Of a stretch of 64,000 bases of DNA, positions 60,598 through 64,000 are shown in pieces. The stretch's first letter is position 1, and every line of letters starts with the position of its first letter. The notes under the pieces were generated by a model. That model was given only the letters and a program-made list of their open reading frames with translations, was not told the origin of the DNA and searched no databases. The position numbers were made by a program, and so were the translations under genes. Source of the stretch: Octopus vulgaris (Eukaryota); the NCBI GenBank assembly GCA_951406725.2, contig OX597838.1, forward strand, positions 32,674,001-32,738,000. Reading direction: 5' to 3'.

Positions 60598-61100
60598 CCA
60601 TTGTCATCATCACCACCACCACTCATCATCATCATCATAATCATCATTGTCATCATCACCACCATCGTCGTCATCATCACCACCACCATCGTCATCATCA
60701 TAATCATCATTGTCATCATCCACCACCATCATCGTCATCATCACCACCACCATCGTCATCATCATAATCATCATTGTCATCATCACCACCATCATCGTCA
60801 TCATCACCACCACCATCGTCATCATCATAATCATCATTGTCATCATCCACCACCATCGTCATCATCATAATCATCATTGTCATCATCACCACCATCATCG
60901 TCATCATCACCACCACCATCGTCATCATCATAATCATTGTCATCATCCACCACCATCGTCATCATCATAATCATCATTGTCATCATCCACCACCATCGTC
61001 ATCATCATAATCATCATTGTCATCATCACCACCACCATCGTCATCATCATAATCATCATTGTCATCATTGTCATCATCACCACCATCATCGTCGTCGTTG
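60598..61100 (+). repeat. (CAT/CAC)-based minisatellite
   Basis: Recurrent unit caccaccatcgtcatcatcataatcatcattgtcatcat. Confidence 0.9.
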
Positions 61101-62513
61101 TCATCGTTGTGGAAACCATGAAGACAGCAAGCTGGCAGAAACGTTAGCACGTCAGACGAAATGCTTAGCGGTATTTCACCTGCCGTTACGGTAATGTTCT
61201 GAGTTCAAATTCCACCGAGGTCGACTTTGCCTTTCATCCTTTCGGGGTCGATTAAATAAGTACCAGTTACGCACTGGGGTTGATATAATTGACTTAATTC
61301 GTTTGTCTGTCCTTGTTTGTCCTCTCTGTATTTAGCCCCTTGTGGGTAGTAAAGAAATAGGTATTTCGTCTGCCGTTACGTTCTGAGTTCAAATTCCGCC
61401 AAGGTCGACTTTGCCTTTCATCCTTTCAAGGTCAATAAATTAAGTACAAGTTATGCACTGGGGTCAATGTAATTGACTTAACCCCTTTGTTCCCTCTATG
61501 TTTATCCCCCTGTGGGCAATAAAGAAATAAGAAACTATGCTCTGGCTTGGTTCCCATGGCTGGATGTTCTCCCCATGGCTTGGTTCCCATGGCTGGATGT
61601 TCTCCCCATGGCTTGGTTCCCATGGCTGGATGTATATACTGGGTGCTTTTGTTACATGGCACCAGCATGGATGCTTTTACATGGCACTGGAACAGATGTT
61701 TTTTTTATGTAGCACCAGCATCCACGAGCCTGCAAGGTTAGGAACACTGAGCTGAAATGGGGTGTAGGGGACATACCTGTATGCAAGGATGAACATGTAT
61801 TTGCTCAGCTTGATGTTTCTCCTCAACTGCAGCAAACTGCCCAAAGTCTTGGTCCCCTGTCATCTCCTCTGTGAAGCCCAGCATCTGAAAATCCTTTCTC
61901 ACCACTTCGTTCCACATCTTCCTGGGTCTACCTCTTCCACACACACACACACATATCAGAGAAAAAAAATGAAATCCGCAAGGCTCTTTCTTCACTATTA
62001 TTCTTATTTCGACCCATCATGCACTGATACCTCACAGGTAAGATACTGCTCTACGAACAACTGTGGTGCATCACTGGTGCAGAATTGTCTCTTCAGGTGA
62101 CGTGTCAAATGATAACTCCTTTTTTTTAATTTGCCAATTTACTTATTTGTATTCCTGAAAGGAAATCCAGTGGCATATAGCTCCATGCCACTGTTGACAT
62201 CAGGTAACCAAATATTGTGAACAGACTTTAAACAGCACATTACAAGGCATATATCCAAATATAAAATCATTACATTATATATATATATATATATATATTC
62301 AAAATGTAACTACAAGTGGATTGTTGGCAAATCATTTCCTCCATCTTCCTTTTCTTTTAGACTTTCCTCTGTCTCCTATTTCTGCTCGAAACATAAAACA
62401 CCCTTTCTTTCCTTCTCTGAGCATCTTATTAATACTTTGCATGTACCATGTTCTTGTGTTGCCGTTCTTTATCTCCATTTTTTTTATCAACTATATATAT
62501 ATATATATAATAA

Positions 62514-62894
62514 CTAGCAAACGCACCCATCCTTTGGATGGTTTAAGTTGCTTTCACGGTATCTTTTTCACCAAATAATTGAACTACCAAGAAGGTTTAT
62601 GTGTAGCATGGCAATCTGTTTCCGATTAACCTAGGAACGAATTAAGTATTAAGCATTTTATTGTTATCGCCCCTTCATATTTCCAAAAGTCCCCTTGAAT
62701 CAATAAAAAATCACTCTATTTGCCATAGCAACCACATCTTTATAGCTTGCGAATTTTAACCATCGCGGGTCTCATCCTCACCACGCATTTAGTATCCCTG
62801 CCAATTTTCAGCTCAATCCTAGCCTCGGTTTGGCCGCCATTAACCGTCAAAGCAAAATGGGCATACAATTCTCGTCCATGGACTGTTTTATAGA
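62514..62894 (-). mobile_element. Non-autonomous Helitron
   Basis: The - strand starts TC and ends with hairpin ccatcc-aaa-ggatgg about 10 nt before the terminal CTAG. Inserted between A and T with no TSD. Confidence 0.7.
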
Positions 62895-62904
62895 TATAAG
62901 TACA

Positions 62905-63180
62905 CACACAGCTCTTCAATATCCTCCCGAAGAACCTGAGAGACCTGCATGGGGTGGATGCAGATGTCTTTAAAATAAAACTAGATTTCTTCCTGTCAGG
63001 TGTCCCAGATGAACCAACTTCACGGCAGGAGGTGCAGATGAGGGCAGCTGCATCGAACTCTCTCATGCACCAAATGGCAATTGCTAAAAAGCATTCGTGA
63101 AGTAAAATCATGTAGCAACACCAAATGGCGGTGCCCCAGCATGGCCACAGCTCGTGAGCTGAAACTAGATAAAATAAATT
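62905..63180 (+). mobile_element. CR1-group LINE 3' fragment whose tail matches SINE family A
   Basis: Translates to QLFNILPKNLRDLHGVDADVFKIKLDFFLSGVPDEP...RAAASNSLMHQ, then ggcggtgccccagcatggccacagctc...gagctgaaac. Confidence 0.75.
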
Positions 63181-63284
63181 TAAAAAAACACACACACACA
63201 TTAATTGATTATAAAGTCAATGTTTATCAAAGCATATTTTGCTTTCAAAATTCAATAGAATCTACAGACAGCATTTAATATTTT

Positions 63285-63420
63285 TTATGAACACCTGTCT
63301 GCAAACTGATGACCGTTCTGGTCCAGACACTGCTGATAATGTGAAGTAAAGCAATTGCAAATATCAAGAAACACTTCATTTTGTATTTGTGGCCAGTCTT
63401 GTTCAACAGCTGCTTTCAGC
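63285..63420 (-). mobile_element. Tc1/mariner transposase C-terminal remnant
   Basis: LKAAVEQDWPQIQNEVFLDICNCFTSHYQQCLDQNGHQF resembles the C..(G)G.HFEH terminal motif. Confidence 0.55.
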
Positions 63421-63516
63421 TTGAACTCAGAATGTAGTGACGGAGAAAATACCCCTAAGCATTTCATCCAGCACTCTAAGGATTCTGCCAGCTCATCGCA
63501 TTAATAATAATAATAA

Positions 63517-63928
63517 ATCAACAGAAATCAGCAAAATGTGGAACCTGAAGACTAAAACAATACCTGTTGTCATAGGTGCCCTGGGAATGATGGCAAAAGG
63601 GGCTGATTGCTACCTAACTCAGATACCAGGAAACCCCAAAATGGCAGAAATTCAAAAGATAGTGCTCATGGGAACTGCTCATATCCTAAGCAAAATACTT
63701 TCTATGTAATCTCAAGTTTTAAAAGAAACATACTTTTTTTTCTTTTTTTTTTTTGACATTCACTAGTACAACACTAAATACAAAACCAAATATATGGCAC
63801 ACTAGGCATAACAACATCACAAACTTCCAACCTGTTGTCTCTTGAGGTCTCTGGTTGAGACTTGGAGCCAACTTGTACAAATATAAAGCAAAAGTCAAAC
63901 ATAGAATAATAATAATAATAATAATAAC

Positions 63929-63960
<32 letters not shown>
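63517..63960 (+). mobile_element. R4/Dong-like (RLE-type) non-LTR retrotransposon 3' fragment in (TAA)n
   Basis: EISKMWNLKTKTIPVVIGALGM...IQKIVLMGTAHILSKIL is typical of the RLE C-terminus. TAA repeats lie on both sides. Confidence 0.8.
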
Positions 63961-63961
<1 letters not shown>

Positions 63962-64000
63962 TGTTTGAGGAAGAGAGCGTTTTTTGATTACATACATCAA

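Noticed and set aside
61965-62110. Additional coding exon (cag|gtaaga at ~62038)
   Set aside because: No convincing upstream acceptor or recognisable peptide. It could be UTR, but that cannot be supported from sequence alone.

Overview
AT-rich, microsatellite- and transposon-dense animal DNA. The SINE/LINE families suggest an octopus or other coleoid cephalopod (inference). One protein-coding gene can be assembled on the + strand from three coding exons (4768-5535, 49611-49800, 51984-55120) with GT-AG introns of 44,075 and 2,183 bp and matching phases. It encodes a 1364-aa GPR153/GPR162-like orphan 7TM receptor with a ~1050-aa disordered tail carrying a polyproline tract and a PDZ-type C-terminus. 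Two near-identical U5 snRNA genes lie on the - strand (593-716 and 41006-41129); the second sits, with its flanks, between direct repeats inside intron 1. The introns hold a 5'-truncated RTE LINE with an open RT-PHD ORF, fragments of CR1, R4/Dong, Penelope, mariner, Tigger, hAT, piggyBac-like and Helitron elements, and many tRNA-derived SINEs. The most unusual signal is a dispersed set of short non-coding, often fold-back elements in (TA)n tracts. Together they carry nine readable minimal hammerhead ribozyme motifs plus degenerate ones, several with a compensatory U3-A8 core. One is a 360-bp retrozyme-like unit with Penelope-type tandem and inverted termini. Boundaries of repeats are approximate, read by eye.
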